From a virus, in IMG/VR virus record IMGVR_UViG_3300045988_125846, positions 64,001-128,000 of that record: a stretch of 64,000 nt of DNA. The stretch is one strand, 5' to 3'. Below, one piece after another: positions 34,180 to 43,080 of this stretch. The notes beneath the pieces were generated by a model. The model was not told the DNA's origin. It was given only the letters and a program-made list of their open reading frames with translations, and made no database searches. Each line of letters opens with the position of its first letter. Within the stretch, counting starts at the first letter, position 1. The position numbers were made by a program, and so were the translations under genes.

Positions 34180-35433
34180 TTGGAATTTAATTGTAAAGTT
34201 AATATTGTAGATGCCATTATGGGTGCTGGTAAAACTCAGTCAATAATGAATTATATTAATCAATCAGATGAAGATGAGAAATTTTTGGTAATAACACCTT
34301 TCCTTGATGAAATAACCAGATATAGGACGTATTGTAATGGTAAGAATTTTAAAGCACCTACATTTTTAAAAGATGAAAAGGATGATAGGGGCAGTAAACT
34401 TAGAGATCTTAAGAGATTGATCGGCAATGGTAATAACATAGTGTCAACCCATGCTCTATTTCAAAAATTCGACAATGAACTGATTGATTTATGTAGAGCG
34501 CAAAATTATACGCTTATAATGGATGAAGTTGCAAATGTTATAGAAGAATATGATATTACCAAACAGGATTTTGAGATATTAAAAAATACATATGTTGAAA
34601 TCAATCCTGATACAAAGCAGCTTACATGGAAAGATGAATATTCTGATTATCATGGTAAATTTGATAATGAAAAGCGTTTATGTGAGTTAGGAAGTCTTGT
34701 ATGTTATGGAGACAACTTAATGGTATGGTTATTTCCTATAGAGACATTTAATTCATTTAGGAATATCTATATTCTTACATATTATTTTGATATGCAAATG
34801 CAGAAATATTACTATGACTATTATGGAGTTCAATATACATACTGGTCTGTTCAAGGCGATTCTATGGAAAATTATCATCTTATTCCATATAGCTCAAATA
34901 TCAGATATACATCTTATGATTATAGTAAGCTAATTCATATTTGTGAGAATGAAAAATTAAATATGATTGGCGATAGAGATTCTGACTTGTCTTTTTCTTG
35001 GTATTCTCGAAATAAAAACAACGCATCAATGAAGATATTAAAAAAGAATATATATAATTTCTTCCATAATGTGCGAAATACAAATTCAAATGACTACATA
35101 TGGACTACATTTAAAGAATACCAACAAATATTAAAAGGGAAAGGATATACAAAAGGATATCTATCATGTAATTGCAGAGCCACCAATGAATATCGAGACA
35201 GAACTTCTGTAGCATATCTTATAAATCGTTACCTCAATCCATTTATTAAAAATTTTTTCACAACAAATCATATTAGTGTAGACGAGAATGGTTATGCACT
35301 TTCTGAAATGCTTCAGTTTATATGGCGATCAGCTATTCGTGATGGCAAGGAAATTTGGGTATATATCCCAAGTATACGAATGCGAAATCTTCTAAAAAAA
35401 TGGATCAAAGACAATTCACCACAAAATTCCTAA
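34180..35433 (+). CDS. P-loop NTPase (helicase-like)
   Basis: 417 aa with a TTG start after AAAGGAG. Walker A is IMGAGKTQS and Walker B is TLIMDEV. Confidence 0.55.
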   Translation: MEFNCKVNIVDAIMGAGKTQSIMNYINQSDEDEKFLVITPFLDEITRYRTYCNGKNFKAPTFLKDEKDDRGSKLRDLKRLIGNGNNIVSTHALFQKFDNELIDLCRAQNYTLIMDEVANVIEEYDITKQDFEILKNTYVEINPDTKQLTWKDEYSDYHGKFDNEKRLCELGSLVCYGDNLMVWLFPIETFNSFRNIYILTYYFDMQMQKYYYDYYGVQYTYWSVQGDSMENYHLIPYSSNIRYTSYDYSKLIHICENEKLNMIGDRDSDLSFSWYSRNKNNASMKILKKNIYNFFHNVRNTNSNDYIWTTFKEYQQILKGKGYTKGYLSCNCRATNEYRDRTSVAYLINRYLNPFIKNFFTTNHISVDENGYALSEMLQFIWRSAIRDGKEIWVYIPSIRMRNLLKKWIKDNSPQNS

Positions 35434-35529
35434 TAAATAGAGAATAAACATATGTAACCAATTAACACAGCACTTAAAAGGAGCTGATTACAATGAATAA
35501 AATTTTAAAAATCAAAGGAGAACAATTAA

Positions 35530-35748
35530 ATGAACAAAACAGTAACAATCGAATCAAAGAATCATAAATACGCAAATACATACGGTGGGCTTATCTGTCA
35601 GTCCGATTTTTGTACTGACTATGAAGGAAGTAAAAATATTGCAGATAAAATCGCTTCTGCTTGGAGATTTGATAGATCATGTAACATGCAAATGAAAAAT
35701 AGTATTAGAAGTTATAAAGAAAAGGTTACAAATAATAAAAATAACTGA
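35530..35748 (+). CDS. hypothetical protein
   Basis: 72 aa, AAAGGAGAA RBS. Confidence 0.5.
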   Translation: MNKTVTIESKNHKYANTYGGLICQSDFCTDYEGSKNIADKIASAWRFDRSCNMQMKNSIRSYKEKVTNNKNN

Positions 35749-35884
35749 GATACCATTTCTAGCTGAGAATTTATTATTCTGACAGTGCACAGAAAATTCT
35801 ACACCATTCGGTGAACAAATACTCGCCTAAAAATTATAACTGAAAAATTTACACAACTGTATTAAAGGAGAATGGAATAACTAT

Positions 35885-36121
35885 ATGTGTAGTCTATGTA
35901 ACAGATATGATGGTACGCACGATCCACGATGTCCTTACTATTCTCCTACTCGCCCAAGAATAACTTGCTGCTATTGCAACGAAGGAATTTATCAAGGCGA
36001 AAGGTATCTTGATAATGAACAAGGAGAATATATACATGAGGATTGCGTTGGATCTGCTGGAATTAATTGGATGATTAATTGGTTAGGATTTAGATATGAA
36101 ACGGAGGAGAACGATGAATAA
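35885..36121 (+). CDS. hypothetical zinc-binding protein
   Basis: CSLC..CPYY..CCYC..EDC clusters. AAGGAGAA RBS. Confidence 0.55.
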   Translation: MCSLCNRYDGTHDPRCPYYSPTRPRITCCYCNEGIYQGERYLDNEQGEYIHEDCVGSAGINWMINWLGFRYETEENDE

Positions 36122-36389
36122 GATTATTAGAAAAATCAAGAAGATGTTCTGTAAATCTGGACAAGTATATAAGGTAAATATCAAAGACATTATTATATCA
36201 GAAGAATTCAGGGCTACTCACCCTAGATTCAAGAAAATGGTACAAAAACGTGAATTTTACCGTAAGAATAATATGTATGAGTCGCTGGTTATACTCAACA
36301 GAGATTTTATGCTGATAGATGGATATACTACATATTTGCTCTGTTTAGAGAATGGTGAAAAATATGTTGATGTTTATTTTATGGATTAG
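36114..36389 (+). CDS. small ParB-N/Srx-like domain protein
   Basis: Start moved to MNKIIRK (GGAGGAG RBS). IKDIIISEEFR..(30 aa)..LIDGYTTYLLCLENG resembles the ParB N-terminal domain. Confidence 0.45.
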   Translation: MNKIIRKIKKMFCKSGQVYKVNIKDIIISEEFRATHPRFKKMVQKREFYRKNNMYESLVILNRDFMLIDGYTTYLLCLENGEKYVDVYFMD

Positions 36390-36459
36390 GAATAAATAGA
36401 AATTTCATTTGGAGAATATATAAGTGAAACATAATAAATAAAAGATAAAAGGAGGATTT

Positions 36460-36924
36460 ATGGCTGGTACAGTTGAAAAAGAAACCAATTTTTATCTATA
36501 TAAGATTATAGATAAAGACGAATTAGTGTATATTGGGAAGTCAACTAATATTGATAATAGAATTGAAGTTCATAGCGTTATAAATAATCATTTTGATAAA
36601 AACATGTATTTTACATGTAGAGGAGAAAGTATATCAAATTTAGTTATTTATATTGCCAACGTTCCTGACGAGTATCTTTTGTCAATATATGAAATAACAT
36701 TAATTTCAAAATATAAACCACTATATAATAACAGCGACAAGTATGATACAAAACATCTATTAAAGTTACCACAAATAAATTGGTTTCCATATGTATCAAA
36801 AGAAAATTGTGAAGTAATTTATAACATGAAAACAGGCAAGATTATTGATCCTTGTTTAATAGATACACCATTAAAAAGATGGAATATTTTAAAAGATTTA
36901 CATATGGAGGAAATTAAATGTTAG
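36460..36924 (+). CDS. GIY-YIG nuclease-domain protein
   Basis: FYLYKIIDKDELVYIGKSTNIDNRIEVH carries GIY-x10-YIG and the conserved R. Confidence 0.6.
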   Translation: MAGTVEKETNFYLYKIIDKDELVYIGKSTNIDNRIEVHSVINNHFDKNMYFTCRGESISNLVIYIANVPDEYLLSIYEITLISKYKPLYNNSDKYDTKHLLKLPQINWFPYVSKENCEVIYNMKTGKIIDPCLIDTPLKRWNILKDLHMEEIKC

Positions 36925-39686
36925 ATACACAGATTAATATGTATTCGGTTGATACAGGTCATTTTTATAGCAATCATGAAAAATACTTACATCAAATGAA
37001 CTGTAAATACAGACGTGAAAGAAATTATGTAAATAATATGCTTCCAAAATTAGAAGAAGAACTCGTAACGCAGGGTTACAACAAAGATGATTTTTCTGAT
37101 TGGAAACGTTGTACCGTTGAAGACTACTATGAACAAGAAAATGATTCTGTAAAAGAATATATGAAGTGGTGTTTGATTATAAAACACAAAAGAGAGAAAG
37201 CAAATTTATCAAAAGAAAAACTTCTGAATCTTTTATCAAATAAGACAATTCAAAAAGAGAATCTATCGAATAAAATCGAGTATTGCAAATCGCATAATAT
37301 TCCATATAATAAAAAAATCGAATTAAGAGAGTTAAGAAAAGATGAACTAAATGATAATAATATCATTTCAGTATTTGAATCTTCCCTTACACGTATTATT
37401 GGCATTAAAAAAGACGAACTAACAGACGCTCTTATTGTAGTTCAAGTTTATTATTTTGATGTATTTAAAGATTTGTCTTTTTATGGGTTTATGTATAATG
37501 GCGAAAAATACAGATACTTTACATCTTCTGCTGGTCAAATCCGTAAGAAAAAAGCTGTTTTTATTAAAGAATCAGTATGGAATGAAGTTGAAAAGACAGT
37601 CATGTGTGGTCTTACTATTGATAAAATAAACTCAAAGGGTGGAAACAATGTTAATAAACATCTTGCGTATATGGCATTGGCGAATTCAGCTACTGACCAG
37701 TGGAATGATTTTGATATAGACAGATGTATTGTTGTAGATGATTTTGAGACGAATGTGCCAGGAGAATTTGATTTTATTGATGAGACTGATTATTCGATTG
37801 AGAGAAAAACTGGTACTGTTCCGATTACTCATACTGATGGAGCTGGCATGATATTACCAAGCGTAATGACGAAAAACACAATGTTTCGTGCTCCATGGGT
37901 GAAAGGTTTATTGGGAGTATTTGATTTTAAAAAGTTTATTGAAGTAAATAATTGCTCTCCTATTATCACAGATATTTATGGGCAAGATCATGATGTAATT
38001 GCTGAAGATATTAGAATAATTTTCACAAAAAGTCAATTTAAGATGTATAAGTTTTATGATTCATGGGATGAGTATAAGACATATTTTAAGCAATATCATT
38101 GTCAAGCTGGTAGATGTAACACTGAGGAAGATAGAATTAAAAATGCAAAAATCAATTATCAGATGTTGCAAACTCTCACAAATGTAACAGATGAAGAGAT
38201 TGATTTACTTACAAAGAAGTCTGTGGAGCGAATCACAAATATCTGTAACTCTGTTGATACTATGAAAGATATTCTTGGAATTACACCTTATAATACAAAT
38301 ATGACAGCTTTTCAAAAAGCAGTAAAGATTTATCCTGCTCTACTCAACGATACATATGCAAAAGACGTGATCCGTGAAGTAAAGAATAGCCTTTTAAAAA
38401 AATATAGAAGTGGAAAACTTGAAATAAATGGAAAATATACTTTCTTACTTCCAGATTATTATGCAGCTTGTGAGTATTGGTTTGGACACATTGATACGCC
38501 TAAAGGATTGTTGGCAGACAAAGAGGTATTTTGTTGGTTATTTAAACAATATGATAAACTTGACTGTCTAAGAAGTCCTCACCTCTACAAAGAACATGCT
38601 ATTCGTTTTAATGTAGCGAATAAAGTATATGAGGAACGAGTTGATAAAATCAGAGAATGGTTTACAACAAATGCGGTATATACAAGTACATATGACTTGA
38701 TTAGTAAAATTCTTCAGTTTGATGTTGATGGAGATAAATCATTGGTAGTTGCTGATCCTGATTTTGTAAGAATCGCAGAACGTAATATGAATGGTGTTGT
38801 ACCACTCTATTATAATATGCGTAAAGCAGAGCCAAGAATTTTGAATAATCAAAGTATTTATGAAGGATTAAATGCGGCATTTACAGGTGGAAACATCGGT
38901 GTTTATAGCAACAATATTTCAAAAATCTGGAATAATGATGTATTTATCAATGGAACAGATGAGGAAAAAGAACATGCAACTAATTGTGTCAAGCGTTTAT
39001 GCTGTCAGAATAATTTTGTTATTGATTACGCTAAGACATTATACAAGCCTGAGTTTCCAGAAACAATTGGTGAAGAAATTAAAGAGTTTACCAATCAGAA
39101 ACTTCCTGCATTCTTTGAATACGCTAAAGACAAGGAAAAATCACAAGTTGATGATAGAAATGATAGTTTTGTAAATAAACTCTACTATCGTATTCCTAAT
39201 AAATCAATTAATACAAGAGGTATGAAACTTGGAGAATTAAAATATAAGGATATGATGAAAAATCCTGATATTGTATGTTCTAAAGAGGTATCTGATTTGT
39301 ATGATGAATTGAACAAGAAGTACCGCTATATGGTCAATATGAAGGATGAATATATTGATAATCTTCATTATGTGGCTTGCTCTATTAGAAATCAATTTGC
39401 AGAGCTTGGATATTCGGAAGAAATGATTGCTGATATGCTCATTCAATATTTATATGGTGGGGAAAAACGTGCGAAACAATTGTTTTGGTTTTGTTATGGT
39501 CAGTATATTGTTACTAATTTAGAGAATAATCCAAATATCAAAAAGAAAAAGACTAAAATGATTCAATGTATTGATTGTGGTAAATGGATTGAAGTTGATT
39601 TTATGTCCAAGTCATGTAGATGTGAACTTTGTCAGCATGAATATCGAAAACAGCTTGATCGAGAAAGAAAAAGAAAAAACAAGTAA
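36918..39686 (+). CDS. candidate single-subunit two-barrel RNA polymerase (YonO/QDE-1-like)
   Basis: 922 aa. LRSPHLYKEH (nt 38571) lies 50 aa upstream of QFDVDGDKSLVV (DVDGD at nt 38721-38735), matching the RxPxxH...DxDGD catalytic-barrel pattern. C-terminal zinc ribbon CIDCGK..CRCELC. An HU-like gene follows. Confidence 0.55.
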   Translation: MLDTQINMYSVDTGHFYSNHEKYLHQMNCKYRRERNYVNNMLPKLEEELVTQGYNKDDFSDWKRCTVEDYYEQENDSVKEYMKWCLIIKHKREKANLSKEKLLNLLSNKTIQKENLSNKIEYCKSHNIPYNKKIELRELRKDELNDNNIISVFESSLTRIIGIKKDELTDALIVVQVYYFDVFKDLSFYGFMYNGEKYRYFTSSAGQIRKKKAVFIKESVWNEVEKTVMCGLTIDKINSKGGNNVNKHLAYMALANSATDQWNDFDIDRCIVVDDFETNVPGEFDFIDETDYSIERKTGTVPITHTDGAGMILPSVMTKNTMFRAPWVKGLLGVFDFKKFIEVNNCSPIITDIYGQDHDVIAEDIRIIFTKSQFKMYKFYDSWDEYKTYFKQYHCQAGRCNTEEDRIKNAKINYQMLQTLTNVTDEEIDLLTKKSVERITNICNSVDTMKDILGITPYNTNMTAFQKAVKIYPALLNDTYAKDVIREVKNSLLKKYRSGKLEINGKYTFLLPDYYAACEYWFGHIDTPKGLLADKEVFCWLFKQYDKLDCLRSPHLYKEHAIRFNVANKVYEERVDKIREWFTTNAVYTSTYDLISKILQFDVDGDKSLVVADPDFVRIAERNMNGVVPLYYNMRKAEPRILNNQSIYEGLNAAFTGGNIGVYSNNISKIWNNDVFINGTDEEKEHATNCVKRLCCQNNFVIDYAKTLYKPEFPETIGEEIKEFTNQKLPAFFEYAKDKEKSQVDDRNDSFVNKLYYRIPNKSINTRGMKLGELKYKDMMKNPDIVCSKEVSDLYDELNKKYRYMVNMKDEYIDNLHYVACSIRNQFAELGYSEEMIADMLIQYLYGGEKRAKQLFWFCYGQYIVTNLENNPNIKKKKTKMIQCIDCGKWIEVDFMSKSCRCELCQHEYRKQLDRERKRKNK

Positions 39687-39725
39687 AATTCCGCATATCT
39701 TTAATGATATTTTGCACCCATTAGT

Positions 39726-39766
39726 AATGGACTATTTTTAAATGTTATTTTTCTAAATAGTCCATT
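39726..39766. repeat. perfect 12 bp inverted repeat AATGGACTATTT / AAATAGTCCATT
   Basis: Read directly; 17 nt loop. A third copy, TTATGGACTTT, lies at 39769-39779. Confidence 0.6.
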
Positions 39767-39887
39767 CATTATGGACTTTCATTTGTGTCTATATGGAGAA
39801 CAACATATCATATAGGCATAAGCCTAATTTACAAATTAAGATATGTTTCTATAAACGAATTCGTGCAGTTGGGAGGAATGATTATTT

Positions 39888-40184
39888 TTGACAATTACAC
39901 AGGAAAAGATTATTAAAGAAATCGCAGAGAAGGAAGATATAAATGTAGCGACAGTCCGTAAAGTATTCAAAAGGGCAGAGAAATGTATATTCGCCTACCT
40001 ATCTTCTACTACTCCCACTGATAATACAGTGGTAAAAATTTTAGATGGATTAAGTTTGGAATGTAAATATATTCCAGAAAAAGAAATCCATACATATGAT
40101 AATATCCAATGTGAGGCAAAAATTTGGACGAAACCAAAAATAACTCGTTATTACAATAGAAAGCTAAATGGATATTTTGATTAA
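39888..40184 (+). CDS. HU/IHF-like DNA-binding protein (divergent)
   Basis: 98 aa, TTG start after GGGAGG. KIIKEIAEKEDINVATVRKVFKRAEKCIFAYL..VKILDGLSLECKYIPEKE follows the HU layout. Confidence 0.45.
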   Translation: MTITQEKIIKEIAEKEDINVATVRKVFKRAEKCIFAYLSSTTPTDNTVVKILDGLSLECKYIPEKEIHTYDNIQCEAKIWTKPKITRYYNRKLNGYFD

Positions 40185-40590
40185 AACAATGAAATCAGCT
40201 TTTCTTGGCTGATAAAACAGAGAATATATAATTGTCGGAAGACATTAGAACAACGTCCTATACGGACGCAATATAACACAAATTAAATTCAGAACAGTGA
40301 TTTAGATCTCGTATCATACTGAGGCAATAAAGTCCATAGAGACAATGTATGTGGTGCAAGCAGCCATAACTGCTAACTTTAATGTTAGGTTGGTAAACCT
40401 ACGGATAATCAGCTTATTTGGTGAACTGATAAAATCTAAGAGATTCCATCGCTACTAATTCATTGGCGGTTCTGAACAATTCTAAAGATCATTTCTAAGA
40501 TTGGTACATATTCATATTGTACTCCTCTTCTTATATGTATCGGTGACTGTGCTACAATTCTTGCAGTATGGTTGCCGATTATTCTTTTAA

Positions 40591-40663
40591 TCTCTTATAG
40601 CTCAGTTGGTAGAGCATCGCACTGTTAATGCGAAAGTCGTAAGTTCGAGTCTTACTGGGAGAG
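40591..40663 (+). tRNA. tRNA-Asn (GTT)
   Basis: TCTCTTA-TA-GCTC/GAGC-TCGCA[CTGTTAA]TGCGA-AAGTC-GTAAG[TTCGAGT]CTTAC-TGGGAGA-G. Confidence 0.85.
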
Positions 40664-41497
40664 CTTTTCTACTTTTGTAGGACTGGTTGGTTTCGGATCA
40701 GGAGATGTTAAATCTCAAAAATAAGCATGGCGACATGTATAAAGTGGTTCTTATCGTATTATAAGGCTGCGACTGTGAAATACAGTTTAACGGAAAACAC
40801 ATAAAATCTACGCCCAACCTTCTATTCAAGGACAACTGTTGGCGAATATGGTTGATTGGTGGGTGTCTTGAAATAGGCACTGTAGTAACACAGAAATGTG
40901 GGTATGATTTGTGTACTATTGGTGGGAATACCGCAAGTATAACCGCTGGTAGGATTTTGGTAATATCTCTTAAGTTGAAAAACAGGGATGGAATCAAAAG
41001 GCAAGGAGATCGCAATTCGAGCAGGATGGTGATGATTGGGCTGTACTCAAAAGGTACGGATGATCAAATGTACACCTCATCGTCCATAATAAGTACATGC
41101 TTTTGAAAGAAATCAAATTATTTTAGGTAAATAATATTTAAAAGAAAATTACAAAACAGCAAAAGTGTGTGCGACCGCAAAGAGAAAAACAACTTATTCA
41201 CCTGTAATATGGTGACATATAGCACTCGCAAGGTGTTATATGAGAAAGTACAAGTACGTGCAATTCTAATAGGCTGCAACCTATGAATCTCGCAAGGAAG
41301 AATGTGCCGAAAGAAAATCTATAATACTTTGTGGTAAGAGTTTGCCGGTTATGTCAAAACTGGTGTTGTTGCTAACTACAAGTTAATCGCTTGTGTGATA
41401 AACTGTGTCCAACCACAGTAGATGTTAGTGTATTGAGTCAAATATCTCAGCTCATATTAAGTAATGATCTCATACTTCGGTATGGGATTTTTTATTT
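40664..41497 (+). ncRNA. candidate large structured non-coding RNA(s) between tRNA-Asn and tRNA-Lys
   Basis: About 830 nt with no credible ORF and visibly higher GC than the flanks. Repeated CGCAAG-type and GAAA-capped hairpins; their coordinates are listed in the finding for 40664-41497. Ends in a UUCG-capped terminator. Confidence 0.45.
41469..41494 (+). terminator. intrinsic terminator
   Basis: CTCATAC-TTCG-GTATGGG followed by ATTTTTT. Confidence 0.65.
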
Positions 41498-41498
41498 A

Positions 41499-41573
41499 GA
41501 GTGTGTAGCTCAGTTTGGCAGAGCACTCGACTTTTAATCGAGTTGTCGATGGGTTCAAATCCCTCCACGCTCA
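41499..41573 (+). tRNA. tRNA-Lys (TTT)
   Basis: GAGTGTG-TA-GCTC/GAGC-CTCGA[CTTTTAA]TCGAG-..GGG[TTCAAAT]CCC..-CACGCTC-A. Confidence 0.85.
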
Positions 41574-41827
41574 CTCTCTTCTGCTATTCGGCAGGAAATA
41601 AATCAAGAAAGAAGTGAAAATTATTTTATTAATTAACAAAACAGAAGCCTTTGCAATGAGGAAACTTGTTGGAAATGAGAATGTAAAAAAGACTTATAGT
41701 GGTCATTCTAAATACTATCTGGTTGAGTCTTATCAGAATTTAAAGGCTTTAAGTAATTATAGAAAAAGTAAAATCGTTGGATAGAGACGAAATCTAAAAT
41801 GAAAGGTGGTCGGAAACCATCGGTACA

Positions 41828-43057
41828 ATGAAATTTTATGATACTAATGCTATTTTAAAACTACAGGACAAAATTTTTGAGGAAGATTTTATCATAAGTT
41901 CTGTAACATTACAAGAATTAGAGCATATTAAAGTATCTCGAAACAAAGATGATCATGTAAAGTATGAAGCACGAAAAGTTTTGCACCTACTTGATGATAA
42001 TTCGGATAAATATGAAGTTGTTGTATATGACAACGCAATTGAAAATTACATACTTGAGAAAAATATGGAAATAACACCTGATACTAAAATAGTTGGTAGT
42101 TGTGCATTTGTAAATACAATGAAGGATGTTATTTTTATTACAGATGATATTGCTTGTAAAATGATTGCAAGTAAGATATTTAATCTTACTGTAAAAGGTG
42201 TAAATGATGAGCCAGTAGATGATTATAGTGGATTTATTGAGAAGACACTTTCAGAGTCAGAAATGGCTTATTTTTATGAACATTTGCAGGAAAATACCTA
42301 TGGATTACTTGAAAATGAGTATCTTATCTTAAAAGATTCTAATACTCATGCCGTTGATACTCTCGTTTGGCGAGAAGGAATGTACCAAAATATTAAATTC
42401 CCTAATATTAAATCAGATTATTTTGGCGTAGTTAAACCTCTTAATGGAGATATTTATCAGCAAATGGCTTTAAATAGTTTCTCTAATAATCAAATTACTA
42501 TGATTAAAGGTTCTGCTGGTACAGGAAAATCATATCTTGCGGTTGGATATATGATGTGGTTACTCGAAAAACACAAGATTGATAAAATTGTGATTTTTGC
42601 CAACCCAACTCCTACTATGAATTCGGCTAAGATTGGATTTCTGCCAGGAACACAGCTAGATAAGCTCGTTGATTCAAGTATTGGTAATATGCTTGCTGGA
42701 AAACTTGGAGACAAGTTTATGATTGAACAGCTTGTGTCAAGAAACAAGCTTTCTATATTACCGATGTGTGATATTCGAGGATTTGATACAAGTGGTTTAA
42801 ATTGTGCGGTCTATATTACAGAGGCGCAGAATTTAGATATATCACTCATGAAACTTGCATTACAGAGAATTGGAGAAGATTCAATCTGTATTATAGATGG
42901 CGACTATAACACTCAGGTCGATCTCAATCAATATGCAGGCAATAATAATGGTATGAGAAGAATGTCTGAGGTATTCAGAGGACATGATTTCTATGGAGAA
43001 ATTGAATTACAGAACATCTACAGAAGTAAGATTGCTGCTGTAGCTGATGACATGTAA
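41828..43057 (+). CDS. phoH: PhoH-like ATPase with an N-terminal PIN-like domain
   Basis: 409 aa. N-terminal FYDTNAIL..ITDD (PIN-like). Walker A is IKGSAGTGKSYLAVG, followed by the conserved PhoH C-terminal region (FLPG..K..P). Confidence 0.8.
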   Translation: MKFYDTNAILKLQDKIFEEDFIISSVTLQELEHIKVSRNKDDHVKYEARKVLHLLDDNSDKYEVVVYDNAIENYILEKNMEITPDTKIVGSCAFVNTMKDVIFITDDIACKMIASKIFNLTVKGVNDEPVDDYSGFIEKTLSESEMAYFYEHLQENTYGLLENEYLILKDSNTHAVDTLVWREGMYQNIKFPNIKSDYFGVVKPLNGDIYQQMALNSFSNNQITMIKGSAGTGKSYLAVGYMMWLLEKHKIDKIVIFANPTPTMNSAKIGFLPGTQLDKLVDSSIGNMLAGKLGDKFMIEQLVSRNKLSILPMCDIRGFDTSGLNCAVYITEAQNLDISLMKLALQRIGEDSICIIDGDYNTQVDLNQYAGNNNGMRRMSEVFRGHDFYGEIELQNIYRSKIAAVADDM

Positions 43058-43080
43058 AATATTATGAAATTGGAGGCTAA

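Noticed and set aside
40698-41106. Track ORFs 40698-41015, 40822-41004 (minus) and 40852-41106 (plus)
   Set aside because: They overlap each other on both strands, have no RBS and have odd composition. The region is better explained as structured RNA.
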